From positions 1 through 58,655 of the IMG/VR virus record IMGVR_UViG_3300037070_005559: a stretch of DNA of 58,655 nucleotides. One strand, written 5' to 3'. The notes below the pieces were generated by a model that was given only the letters and a program-made list of their open reading frames with translations, was not told where the DNA came from and did not search any database. This DNA comes from a virus. Shown here one piece after another: positions 33,249 to 42,329 of the stretch. A program made the position numbers and the translations under genes. The first letter of the stretch is position 1, and every line of letters begins with the position of its first letter.

Positions 33249-33260
33249 TGCAACTCCAAT

Positions 33261-33980
33261 CTACGGGGCGTGCCAGTACGGGGGCTTACAAAGGCGGTCG
33301 CCCACAAGAAGATTCTCTTGCTGATTCTGATGAAACCCGTCAGGCAGCGAATCGCAACTCTCAATCGGCACGATTCCGTTCCACCCAACGATGTAAGGCT
33401 GCATCCCCTGGCTAATAACCCACGAGGTGAAGCACGAGGGACCATGCTCGAAGTCATACCGCTTCCCACCCGTCCCGCCCTCAGTCACCGAATGCGGATA
33501 ACTCGCCATCAACGACGGATGGCACCAAAAGCCAGTTGTACGAACATGCGGGAACACATTCGACCGCGGATCACCCTGATTGCCGGTCGAACCATAAAGC
33601 GTGTTCCCCTTCTCCGCCACGACCTCGACCATGCGCGATAACCACCCGGGTTTTCGAAAGTACGCGTGACTTCCGAGGAACAGCATGAGGTCGCAGTCCA
33701 CCGTTCGCGCCGCCAATTGAAAGGCTCCGATGTCCCAGCCTGAGTTATCGTGGTCGATGAACGTCACGTTTGGCAGCGCGTTGAACAACGCTTTGGATGG
33801 GTCAGTGGCCGGCGCACCATTGCAGACGACAAGCGTATCGTGATCCATGCCGGGAGGATTTCGCTGGTAGGATGCTGCGAATTCGTGGGCCATTGGTGCG
33901 AATCCTTGATCTCCATTTAGGGGATAGCAATACACGATCGTGATTTTGATACGATCTGGGGTGATGAAGAAGCAACTCAT
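33261..33980 (-). CDS. Hypothetical protein, possibly glycosyltransferase-like (239 aa)
   Basis: FIDHDNSGWDIGAF segment. Sits in the sugar cluster. Function not verifiable by eye. Confidence 0.4.
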   Translation of the reverse strand: MSCFFITPDRIKITIVYCYPLNGDQGFAPMAHEFAASYQRNPPGMDHDTLVVCNGAPATDPSKALFNALPNVTFIDHDNSGWDIGAFQLAARTVDCDLMLFLGSHAYFRKPGWLSRMVEVVAEKGNTLYGSTGNQGDPRSNVFPHVRTTGFWCHPSLMASYPHSVTEGGTGGKRYDFEHGPSCFTSWVISQGMQPYIVGWNGIVPIESCDSLPDGFHQNQQENLLVGDRLCKPPYWHAP

Positions 33981-34450
33981 GGATATAGAATGAATGCCGC
34001 GATGTGTCGTCCGGTGCCTTTACCCTGGGATCCGTCCTCGATGGCGTGCCATCGCACGTCTCCGAGGTTGCGGACGTTTGCTGCTCCGGTGGCCTTGAGC
34101 ATCATCAGCACCCATTTGTCCACAGGATAGACGACGACGGAGAGTTTTCCTTTTAGTTGCTCCTCAATGGCTTTTCGCATCCACGCCGTAGGACCTTTCT
34201 TGCGTCCTTCATGGATGATGGATCCGAACGGCGGGTTGACGTAGTTGCGTTGCCCCCATTCGCACGTCAGACCGTCGAATCCTACGGGTACTGGATACGG
34301 ACGTGGATCGAAGTCGAAATTAAATTCCGAGTCGAGTTGAGCATACAGATCGGGCGGCGTAATCCAATAGTGCTTGCCGTCGTCACCGTTTCCGACGTGG
34401 AATTTGTTGTCGGCTGGCTGGAGTTGGCTTTGGTGAATGGCTGTCGTCAT
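33977..34450 (-). CDS. Phage-type DNA N6-adenine methyltransferase-like protein (157 aa)
   Basis: ATG at 34450 (ATGA overlap). WITPPDLYAQLDSEFNFDFDP...NYVNPPFGS. Confidence 0.65.
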   Translation of the reverse strand: MTTAIHQSQLQPADNKFHVGNGDDGKHYWITPPDLYAQLDSEFNFDFDPRPYPVPVGFDGLTCEWGQRNYVNPPFGSIIHEGRKKGPTAWMRKAIEEQLKGKLSVVVYPVDKWVLMMLKATGAANVRNLGDVRWHAIEDGSQGKGTGRHIAAFILYP

Positions 34451-35820
34451 TTCAACCAGCTTTCTGGAATCTCCGGAGTGTTGTAAATCGCCCCATCCCT
34501 TATCAGCCGACAATTAGGATTTTTAGGCCACTCCTCCACCACAACTCTCTTACACAACCCATGCGCGATCGCCAGCGGCAACGACTGATTCATCACGCAC
34601 ACGCGCGCGCCCGCTATCACGCGAGCGAGGTCCAGCGCGTTTTCAGTACGGTGCCACGGGATCTCAAACTTTGGAGCGCCGAATCCTTGGAAAATGTGAG
34701 CCTCCTCCTCAGTGCCGACGAATGCCATGAGATGACCCCACTTCTGAACGAGATCAAACCACGGGAAGCTCATGTTTTGATAACGAGGGGATCGAGCGAC
34801 TACGATGGGGCGATCAGGAATGACAATCGGATCATCCACCGTCAGCCACGGCATGTCCTCCGGCCAACTCACGCCAAACGCGTCGAGGTGGAGTTTTAGA
34901 ATGCTCCAGTTGTCTTTGGCTGTTCGCGCCTTCCACGGTTCTCGGAATTTGTTGAGGTCGTGGGTTGTGCTGAACGGAAGGCCGTGGGTGAATGACACTC
35001 GGTCGATGTAATCCTGGGCTTCGAGGAGTGGCTTGAGATTGTCCACCGCAGACGCAGGTCCACCCATGCGCGACCATCGGGAGTTGAGCGGGTACGGATA
35101 GCGGTTGTCGGTGGAGATGAATAGCACACCTCCGCCAATGGCCTTCATCACGGCTGCGGCGTACACGCAATCGCCAGCGTCGAGAGAGTGGTGAAATACA
35201 TTGGGCGAGTTCGGCACTCCCGGAGTCAACCAACTATGAAATCCAAACTCTCCGCCCCACCTGTTCGGAGTCCCCTGCCACTCTTTTGAGTTCCACGACC
35301 GTCCTTCCATCGCGAACAAGCGAGCGACCTCCGTTGGTGCGATTTTGAATCCTTTGGACTGAAGTTCAGCACGGTGGCGAATGCAGATCGCGCTATCCTC
35401 TGGATGATCGTCGGTCCAGCCGGCGTTTGCCATGTAGTCCAGTAGACGTTTGCTTCTGAGAGAAAATCCGCCGTTGCCTACCGCTCCACTCGGGTTGAAC
35501 GGTGCCCCGCAGTAGTCATGCTGGGTAAACATCGGCGTCCACTGCCGGCTGTTCAGCACGTAACCGTCGGCTTGGCAGACGAGCGCGAATGGCGTCTCAA
35601 CGTGCTTGGCCATTTGCTTGATGCAGAATCGGCTGTAGCCTTCTAGTCCTTCTATGCGCGGGATCTCAACCGCGTATGGAAGGCTCATGTCGTTCGTCAG
35701 CAGCTTAACCGCGCCGAATGAGCATTGTTCGAGACTGCGTTCGATTGCGACAGCAGCAAGACGGGCCTTGGGAGTTGTGTCTGCGGCCAGCAGAGTAATG
35801 TTAGGAAGGCTGAGTTTCAC
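34447..35820 (-). CDS. Two-domain glycosyltransferase-like protein (DUF5672-like N-terminus + GT9/heptosyltransferase-like C-terminus; 457 aa)
   Basis: N-terminus: ITLLAADT...YSRFCIKQM...LVCQADGYVLN..W...DYCGAPF....VGNGGFSLRSKRL. C-terminus: VARSPRYQN..FPW...FVGTEEE...LDLARVIAGARVCVMNQSLPLAIAHGL. Confidence 0.55.
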   Translation of the reverse strand: MKLSLPNITLLAADTTPKARLAAVAIERSLEQCSFGAVKLLTNDMSLPYAVEIPRIEGLEGYSRFCIKQMAKHVETPFALVCQADGYVLNSRQWTPMFTQHDYCGAPFNPSGAVGNGGFSLRSKRLLDYMANAGWTDDHPEDSAICIRHRAELQSKGFKIAPTEVARLFAMEGRSWNSKEWQGTPNRWGGEFGFHSWLTPGVPNSPNVFHHSLDAGDCVYAAAVMKAIGGGVLFISTDNRYPYPLNSRWSRMGGPASAVDNLKPLLEAQDYIDRVSFTHGLPFSTTHDLNKFREPWKARTAKDNWSILKLHLDAFGVSWPEDMPWLTVDDPIVIPDRPIVVARSPRYQNMSFPWFDLVQKWGHLMAFVGTEEEAHIFQGFGAPKFEIPWHRTENALDLARVIAGARVCVMNQSLPLAIAHGLCKRVVVEEWPKNPNCRLIRDGAIYNTPEIPESWLK

Positions 35821-36026
35821 ACCTCTTGCAGAATCGTACTATCGTAAATTGGAGGCAGGTCGACAATCACAGATTTGAACTGACAGATCGAGGACGGGAC
35901 TGGCTGGCGTTTACGAGTAATGCTGGGCCTGAAAGTTCCACGCTGCCACCGATGCCATGAGTCGCGCATCAACTCAAGTTGCCGCACCGTGACTTCGGTT
36001 TTAAGGAGTTCGATTAGAGCGATCAT
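35817..36026 (-). CDS. Hypothetical protein (69 aa)
   Basis: ATGA overlap with the downstream gene start. Confidence 0.55.
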   Translation of the reverse strand: MIALIELLKTEVTVRQLELMRDSWHRWQRGTFRPSITRKRQPVPSSICQFKSVIVDLPPIYDSTILQEV

Positions 36027-36033
36027 TTTGGAT

Positions 36034-36252
36034 TCACGGCGGAAGAATCAGCCACCGCTTGCAAATCTTATTCTGGAACCTCGACCCTTCGCATGAGGGG
36101 CAGCGCGAGACATGGAACACCCGCACCTTGGGTTCGTTCGGATCAAGTTGATTTTCCAAATCCATCACGATTGGCATGTCGCCCCTATAGGCCATCCATG
36201 CTGGGTCTGTAAACCACACTCCGGTTTCGCGTCCTGTTTTTGGATCGATCAC
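36034..36252 (-). CDS. Small protein with a CPSC motif (72 aa)
   Basis: GTG at 36252 in a GTGA overlap with the upstream stop. The track start at 36378 would overlap the upstream gene by 130 nt. Confidence 0.5.
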   Translation of the reverse strand: MIDPKTGRETGVWFTDPAWMAYRGDMPIVMDLENQLDPNEPKVRVFHVSRCPSCEGSRFQNKICKRWLILPP

Positions 36253-36911
36253 TTTGCTTCCTTCGTCACCCAACAATTCTCCCAAAGTCTGGCACGTGAA
36301 TCCGAGGGCATCTGCTTCACGATCTCCTCGATTTCCATGTGGACCTTCAGTCGCATCGGGCATAGGCAGGCGTCGCAAACTCCAAGTAATTCATCGTGCG
36401 AGGTCGTGAGTTTCAACTCCTTGAACCGATTCACCGCCTTGCGAATGGCTATCGAAATAGGCATGGTGAAAAACGCCGTAAAGTCCTTTGAATTGTTGTT
36501 CGGACAACTGACGCACACGCTCGCTCGTGACTCGGATAGTTCGGGTGCCACTGCTTTTGCCCCGCTGGTCAACCAATCGAAGTTTGCCTTAGCTCCGATT
36601 GCAACATTTTTCAGCCTTTGCCCCAGGTTGCGCTGGGGCAAGAATTTTGGGGGCGGTAAATCCCCTTCAGTGAGGTAAATCATGGCGCCCGGGATTTCGG
36701 CGACTCGGGCGGCGTTGACAGAATTGACCTCGTTCCGTATTGAGTCCATGTCGAGCGTGAGCCTGAATTTCGGGTTGGCCCGGCGATGCTTCTGAAGCTC
36801 TTGGCAGAGGAGTTCGAAATCCCAGTTCGAAAGCTCCCACCCCGACTCGGCCTGACGATAGTAGAAGCCGTTGGGTGGAGCTTGGGTGAGTGATTTAAGT
36901 TTCAGTGACAT
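36249..36911 (-). CDS. Hypothetical Cys-containing protein (220 aa)
   Basis: CVSCPNN...CDACLCP motifs. Confidence 0.65.
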   Translation of the reverse strand: MSLKLKSLTQAPPNGFYYRQAESGWELSNWDFELLCQELQKHRRANPKFRLTLDMDSIRNEVNSVNAARVAEIPGAMIYLTEGDLPPPKFLPQRNLGQRLKNVAIGAKANFDWLTSGAKAVAPELSESRASVCVSCPNNNSKDFTAFFTMPISIAIRKAVNRFKELKLTTSHDELLGVCDACLCPMRLKVHMEIEEIVKQMPSDSRARLWENCWVTKEAK

Positions 36912-37107
36912 TGGTGTCGGTCGCTCCAGTTGCCCGCTGTTCGGAGTAGATGCCTTTTATTCGCTCAACGTATCTGTTCAGAGCGGCGATTACTTCGGGT
37001 TCGAGAAATATGGTGTTGCTCGCTCCAAGACCATTTTCAGTCGTGAGCTTGACCATGCCGTCTTCTATTTCGGCGTACACGCTATCACCAAGATAGTCCT
37101 TGTGCAT
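36895..37107 (-). CDS. Conserved small phage protein (70 aa)
   Basis: The YLGDSVYAEIEDGMVKLTTEN pattern is common in small phage proteins. Confidence 0.6.
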   Translation of the reverse strand: MHKDYLGDSVYAEIEDGMVKLTTENGLGASNTIFLEPEVIAALNRYVERIKGIYSEQRATGATDTNVTET

Positions 37108-37110
37108 ACC

Positions 37111-37431
37111 TCACCCCAAAACCGCAATCACCTCATCCTCCGGCACCAGCAAATACGTCTTGCCGTCGAATTTCAGTTCCTCTCCCGCGAACTGTCGAAA
37201 GACCACGATCTGACCCGCCTTGAATTCACATGGAACGCGCGTACCAGCGTCCGACCAGCGTCCGGGTCCAACGGCTCTAATGCGACCTTGAGTGGGCTTG
37301 CCCTTCGCGCCTTCAGGAATGTGGAGGATGCTGCTCACAACCTCCTCCATCGGTTCAATGATGACGCGGTGGAAGGTTGGTGTTGGGAATGTCAGACCTT
37401 CGTTCAGGGCTACGAGTTTTCCGTCTTCCAT
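37111..37431 (-). CDS. groES: GroES (Cpn10)-like co-chaperonin (106 aa)
   Basis: HRVIIEP..EVVSSILHIPEGAKGKPTQGRIRAVGPGR....G...P.EFKAGQIVVF..FAGEELKFDGKTYLLVPEDEVIAVL aligns by eye along the whole GroES consensus. Confidence 0.8.
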   Translation of the reverse strand: MEDGKLVALNEGLTFPTPTFHRVIIEPMEEVVSSILHIPEGAKGKPTQGRIRAVGPGRWSDAGTRVPCEFKAGQIVVFRQFAGEELKFDGKTYLLVPEDEVIAVLG

Positions 37432-37438
37432 AAAATAT

Positions 37439-37621
37439 TTATCCTGTCAGTGCGCCTTTGCCTCTTTGACTCACGTATCTATCGGTTTCGTCTTGGGTCG
37501 CCTCTCGTACGCATCGTACACAGCCCCGACCGAATTCAGACACGCCTTCCGAATACGCCTTTCGTTTGCTATCGGCTGTCGTCACGAACCATCCGTTTCC
37601 TTCTACGTAGTAGTTTTTCAC
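37439..37621 (-). CDS. Hypothetical protein (60 aa)
   Basis: ATGA overlap with the upstream stop. Confidence 0.5.
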   Translation of the reverse strand: MKNYYVEGNGWFVTTADSKRKAYSEGVSEFGRGCVRCVREATQDETDRYVSQRGKGALTG

Positions 37622-37869
37622 ACAGCCTCGTAAAACAGCGGCTTGTCGTGGTTTGTCAGCCGCACGACCTTCAACCCGACCATTCGCCGCAATCTGTTAT
37701 TAATTGCGGTCGTATCCACATTCTCCTTCAACCGAGAATGAACCTGTGCAGCCGTGGCGGGTCCAATCCGCTTCAACACGTTGAACGTGCGGAGGTGTGG
37801 CCCATTGAGATCGACCGCTCCGCTTCCACGGCAGGCGCGGCATTTTATTTTTGGTGCCGTTTTTGACAT
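37618..37869 (-). CDS. Zinc-ribbon + winged-helix-like DNA-binding protein (83 aa)
   Basis: ATG at 37869, 29 nt after TTGACA. CRACRGSG, then LKRIGPATAAQVHSRL...INNRLRRMVGL. Confidence 0.55.
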   Translation of the reverse strand: MSKTAPKIKCRACRGSGAVDLNGPHLRTFNVLKRIGPATAAQVHSRLKENVDTTAINNRLRRMVGLKVVRLTNHDKPLFYEAV

Positions 37870-37904
37870 GGCTCTCTCTACACGAGATGACAACTGACTG
37901 TCAA
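37870..37904 (-). promoter_or_regulatory. Internal promoter-like element directly after the 1473-aa gene
   Basis: Minus strand reads TTGACA (37904-37899)-N29-ATG(37869), with TAGAGA as the -10 candidate. Confidence 0.4.
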
Positions 37905-37907
37905 CAG

Positions 37908-40900
37908 TTATTCTCTCTTGTAGGTTTGAAGACCTTCTCCCAGGAGCGCGAGAAGCGCCAGAGCAACACCGTCTGGAAGGTCTTGCTCTTTCAACGCAGC
38001 GTAAATATCAACGTAGGTGATCGGCGCAATCAAATTGCCAGCCTGATTTACCAGTGTGGCTTCGCTTCCGCCAAGGTCCGTTCCATCAAACAGATTGGCG
38101 ATAGACGCTGGCACCGGGTGGAGTTTTCCCCTCAAATGACTGGCTACGATGTCCGACCACTTATCGCCACCGAATGGCACTTGACCACGAATCGGCTGAA
38201 TCTCGCCTCTGATCGTTTTCTTCTCTCCGGTTGCTGTACGCGATGCGAGCACGATGGCCTGTGACAGTCCGGCCAGTGGGTCAAGTCTAGTGCTTCCAAC
38301 TTTCACCTTTCCGAAATCGGTTGAGCGCGGGTCGGTTTCAAGTGTACCATTGTTTTTGTCGCCAGAGAAATACACGCCAAGAGCGGTGTAGTACAGGCTT
38401 AGACCAATCAGCGCCCGCGCGTATTCGGTGGCTATAATTCTGCGGGTTCTCATTGTGCCGCCCCACAACGAATGGCCGGCCGCCAGTTGCCATCGGCTGA
38501 TGTAGTAGCGTGGCGAGAACATGGCGCGTCCAAGAGCGACCGCAGCGGGCTCTACCTTTCCAAGCCCACCCCTTCCAGTCGCCTCGTTCACAAACATGGC
38601 GATCTGACGATCTTCAGCCAGCGTAGGCGTTCCAGATTTTGACATGCTCTTACGCATGGCCCGCCACATGTCGAACCGCACTCGATTGAGAAACACCTGG
38701 GCCGCACGGTTGAAGTTTTTAACCACCGGGATCTTGCCCACCCACCGCCCCATCATTATCTCCTCCTGTTTATGGAGTGATACACCCTCATCTACCAAAT
38801 GGAGCTTGGCTGCGCGCGCGGCTGGGGCGTCTGGGTGATTGTGAACGGCCAGATCAATCTCGTGCGCCTTTTGCTCGTTAGACAATAACGCCCTGAACAT
38901 TGATGGCAGAGCCTTGGCGGTTTGGATTGGGTGAGACAGTGCCGCCAGCTTCCCCTGCCGTAAAATGAATGAGAACTCGCCGGTTGTCATCAACGCGCGA
39001 GCCGCGTCGTAGGTATCGGCGACGATGCGCTTACCCTTCTGGAACACCGACATGTTTTTCCACCTGTCGCGTTCCAGTCCGGCGTTGAAAGCATCTTTTG
39101 CGAGATCGAGTTCAGCCTTGATTCGGTTACCTTCGGCGTCCAAAGCCACTGGCTTGCGTTCGCGCTTTGCGAAGTCTCCCTTGGCCAGTCGATCCATGTA
39201 ATCGGCTGTCCGGGTCTTCATCCGCGTCTTGAGAGATTGCAGAGCTATTTCGGCTGGTGTCTTTTTGGGATTAGCCAAATCCTTTAACTCCTGAACGTGG
39301 TCCTTTATCTCCTCTGTCCGTGCCTTGATAGCCTCCAGTTCTGCGCTGGTTACTTTGGTCCCAGGAGCACGCTTGTCGAAGATACCCTTCTTAGCATTCT
39401 CCAAGCTAGTTTGCCAATGCGCCTGATTACGTTCAGCCGCGGCGAGTGCCAGCTTGAGCCGCTGGGCGTCCGTCATTTCCTGACGTGGGAAAATGGTGTC
39501 GTGCTCGGCCTGAAGTCGATCGCGCTCAGCAATCAACGCCTGCAATGCAGCATCAGTCGGAGACGGCGTTTTCGTTTTAACGATTCTATCGCGAGTGGCG
39601 ATTTCGTGCTTTAGATCGGCGATACGATGCTCGTAATAAGTCTTTCGGGCGGCCAGTGCTGACTTTAATTGCGTGGCTGAGTCGGTGACAACCACTCCGT
39701 ATTTGCGCTTCAATTCGTTGACCTGCTTAATCAGACGTCGCTCCTCGTCAGTAGGAGTGCGTCGCTCCTGCCCCGTCTTTTCCAGGGGGCGCCGGGCTTC
39801 CAGAGCTTCCAATTTCAACACTTGCTGGGTCTGCCCCCTCAGATCGCGCAATCCTACATCAATCGACTCCTTGCTCAGCGGCTTGAAATTTCCGTATCCG
39901 GAAAACGCGCGCTGAGTCTGATCTCTAGTGAATTCTGGAACGATTGTTTTGAGAGTCGCATGTAACTCGTCGATCATTGCATCGCGTTTCCTCACACCGC
40001 GACGCCACAGCACGCGCGCAAGTTGCTGAACCAACGACGTGATGTCATTCAGTTGCCCCTTGTCGATCTTTGCCTTGATTTGTCCAACCAGATTTTCTTC
40101 GCGATCTATGTCGAAGTCTTTTGAGCGCGCCTCCTTCGGAGCCTCGCGTGCGACATCGGCCATTGTGGAATCAGTTTCCTTTGTAACCTCCTTTGTTTCA
40201 CGCGTGGACTCCAGCTCGTTCAGGCGAACTTCCAGCGCGGCTATTTTCTCCTGGGCCTTGATGAGTTGAATATGCTCCTCCGGCGTCAGGTGCCTGCCCT
40301 TAGCCTGCATCGCACGCAACTCCATAGCAGCGAGTGTGAAATCCTCGTTGGCCATCATCTTGCGGGCCTGAAGGCTTCGACCGGATTCGGTGCCAATGGT
40401 TTTGGTGATGTCTTCCAAATCGGAAAGTTTTGAACTCCAGTCCTTGACTCTTTGAGACTCCTCGGCTGCGCGAACAAAATCGTCGCCCTCGAATGCCTCA
40501 CGCCAGCGATGCAGCGCCTTCTCGTACTCGTTGCGAAGATCAATCCGACGGTGCATCAACATCGCGTTCTCTGTGGGCGTTACGGCGCGAGGTTCGGACG
40601 CCAGTTCTGTAATCAGTTCGTCCTGAACGCGTGGGTTCTCATCTACGGCACGCATGGCCTCATCCCACGCAGCCTGATTGGACTGCCGCTCAGCCTGCAT
40701 CATCGGCGGCAATCCACGCGCTTTGCGTTCGGCGTCCACCGTTGCGTTTTTATTGCTCGTCTTGAACGGCTTTGGAGGCTCCAGCTCGCCAGCAGCCATT
40801 GCTCCCATGCCCTCGGGTTGCATCTCGGGAGATGTCAATACCTCGGCTTGCGCGGCTTGCGTTTTTTCAGCTTTTTCATTTGGTGACTTTGGTTGTGTTT

Positions 40901-42329
40901 TTGCAGCTTCCTCGTTGAATAGTTTGCGGGACAGGTTTTCTTCACCGCTTTTTGGTGTTCTCCATAATTCCTCTCCGTGTTTCAGGAGCCAGTCCCTGAC
41001 TTCGGGATTCTTTCTCCAATCAAGAGGTCGTTCTCCGTATTTCGATGGTATGGTCCCCTCGCCTTCGATGTGGCTTCCAGTGTTTGTGGCTGTCTCTATG
41101 GCCTCTCTCGGGAGTTGGGGATTCTTGCCGAACATCTCCTTGAACAAGGCTTCCTTTTCCTCCATCGTTTTTGCCTTATCAAGTTTCGATTCAAGCTCGG
41201 ACCGATCTAATTCCCCCTTCGCAATCTGGTCGCCTTGGGTCTTCAAAAGAGCTTCGAGATCAGCGATTGTTTTGACCTTCATTCCGGTCGCCACGGCGTT
41301 GTGTGTGGTCAAGATTTTACCCCCATTGAAATCTTTCCCGAATTGTTCTACCTCTGGAGTCAGCGATACATCGCCGGTTCCTTCGGCCTTTGGTATCCCC
41401 CCTTCGGCTTGTGGCTGAACTCCCTCGCCACCTTCTTTGATGGGCATTTTCCCCGCGCCTTCGAGGGGCTGTGGCTGCACATCCCCATGAACTTCTGTTG
41501 CTTCTTCGATACGGATGGCATTTTGTCCTTTCTGGATTTCTTTGGGAGATTTCCAGGCCGACGACCCGATGTGCTTGGCAATTGCGACGGGCAGAACCGT
41601 GTTCAGTGTGACGTCCGCCGTCAGCTTCGCAATCTTCCCGAGGTCACGTTGATCCTCTGGTTTCCCGAGTTCAGTCCCAAGTTCTTCGGCAAGGTGCGGC
41701 GCCTGCTCGATCATCGAAGCCGCAAAGGCTGCGCCGACCATCTTTTGAGCAGCTTTCGGCAGCGCGCCCGTGCCAAGCGTGGCGATACCGACCGGCGAAG
41801 CGAAGAAGTCCCCGAAGTCCGCCAGGCTGCTTGTTGCCCCGGCGACGACTTTTACATCCGGGGGGGATTCTGGTGATTCAATGAGTTCGTCAACATCTGG
41901 CGCCGCACCGTCGCCACCAGCCAGACGGTATCCGCCACGAATGCCGAGGTTGAGCAAGCCTTTCAGGGGGCGAACAATGGGAGTCATCGCCATGTCCATG
42001 ATTTCCTGAATCTTCGGAGCCGCCGCCCTCATCATATCGGCATCGGAGCTTTGTGGGTCGAGCGGGTTCGCAACGCCTGAACTGAACTGCGTCGGCATGT
42101 GAACACCCTGACTCGGAGGAATGTTCTTAGCCATGCGTTCAGTTGCGGAGATGTTTTCCTCCAATGACTGTGGCCGACTGCTCTGATAGTCGGCGCGAGC
42201 GTTCCTTTCAAGGGGTGAAACACTCGATGGCTGACTCTGCTTCTTGAGGACTACAGAAATATCGTCATCCGACATCTCATCCGGAAATTCTACCAATCCC
42301 GTACCCTCCACCTGTACGGTCTTGGGCAT
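37908..42329 (-). CDS. Giant virion-module protein (1473 aa; internal/ejection-protein-like)
   Basis: Long coiled-coil, charged middle region and a C-terminal hydrophobic segment (LIGLSLYYTALGVYF). No catalytic motif recognised. Confidence 0.6.
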   Translation of the reverse strand: MPKTVQVEGTGLVEFPDEMSDDDISVVLKKQSQPSSVSPLERNARADYQSSRPQSLEENISATERMAKNIPPSQGVHMPTQFSSGVANPLDPQSSDADMMRAAAPKIQEIMDMAMTPIVRPLKGLLNLGIRGGYRLAGGDGAAPDVDELIESPESPPDVKVVAGATSSLADFGDFFASPVGIATLGTGALPKAAQKMVGAAFAASMIEQAPHLAEELGTELGKPEDQRDLGKIAKLTADVTLNTVLPVAIAKHIGSSAWKSPKEIQKGQNAIRIEEATEVHGDVQPQPLEGAGKMPIKEGGEGVQPQAEGGIPKAEGTGDVSLTPEVEQFGKDFNGGKILTTHNAVATGMKVKTIADLEALLKTQGDQIAKGELDRSELESKLDKAKTMEEKEALFKEMFGKNPQLPREAIETATNTGSHIEGEGTIPSKYGERPLDWRKNPEVRDWLLKHGEELWRTPKSGEENLSRKLFNEEAAKTQPKSPNEKAEKTQAAQAEVLTSPEMQPEGMGAMAAGELEPPKPFKTSNKNATVDAERKARGLPPMMQAERQSNQAAWDEAMRAVDENPRVQDELITELASEPRAVTPTENAMLMHRRIDLRNEYEKALHRWREAFEGDDFVRAAEESQRVKDWSSKLSDLEDITKTIGTESGRSLQARKMMANEDFTLAAMELRAMQAKGRHLTPEEHIQLIKAQEKIAALEVRLNELESTRETKEVTKETDSTMADVAREAPKEARSKDFDIDREENLVGQIKAKIDKGQLNDITSLVQQLARVLWRRGVRKRDAMIDELHATLKTIVPEFTRDQTQRAFSGYGNFKPLSKESIDVGLRDLRGQTQQVLKLEALEARRPLEKTGQERRTPTDEERRLIKQVNELKRKYGVVVTDSATQLKSALAARKTYYEHRIADLKHEIATRDRIVKTKTPSPTDAALQALIAERDRLQAEHDTIFPRQEMTDAQRLKLALAAAERNQAHWQTSLENAKKGIFDKRAPGTKVTSAELEAIKARTEEIKDHVQELKDLANPKKTPAEIALQSLKTRMKTRTADYMDRLAKGDFAKRERKPVALDAEGNRIKAELDLAKDAFNAGLERDRWKNMSVFQKGKRIVADTYDAARALMTTGEFSFILRQGKLAALSHPIQTAKALPSMFRALLSNEQKAHEIDLAVHNHPDAPAARAAKLHLVDEGVSLHKQEEIMMGRWVGKIPVVKNFNRAAQVFLNRVRFDMWRAMRKSMSKSGTPTLAEDRQIAMFVNEATGRGGLGKVEPAAVALGRAMFSPRYYISRWQLAAGHSLWGGTMRTRRIIATEYARALIGLSLYYTALGVYFSGDKNNGTLETDPRSTDFGKVKVGSTRLDPLAGLSQAIVLASRTATGEKKTIRGEIQPIRGQVPFGGDKWSDIVASHLRGKLHPVPASIANLFDGTDLGGSEATLVNQAGNLIAPITYVDIYAALKEQDLPDGVALALLALLGEGLQTYKRE

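Noticed and set aside
36871-37866. 331-aa plus-strand ORF
   Set aside because: It runs antisense across four ATGA-coupled minus-strand genes, including the clearly recognisable GroES homologue.
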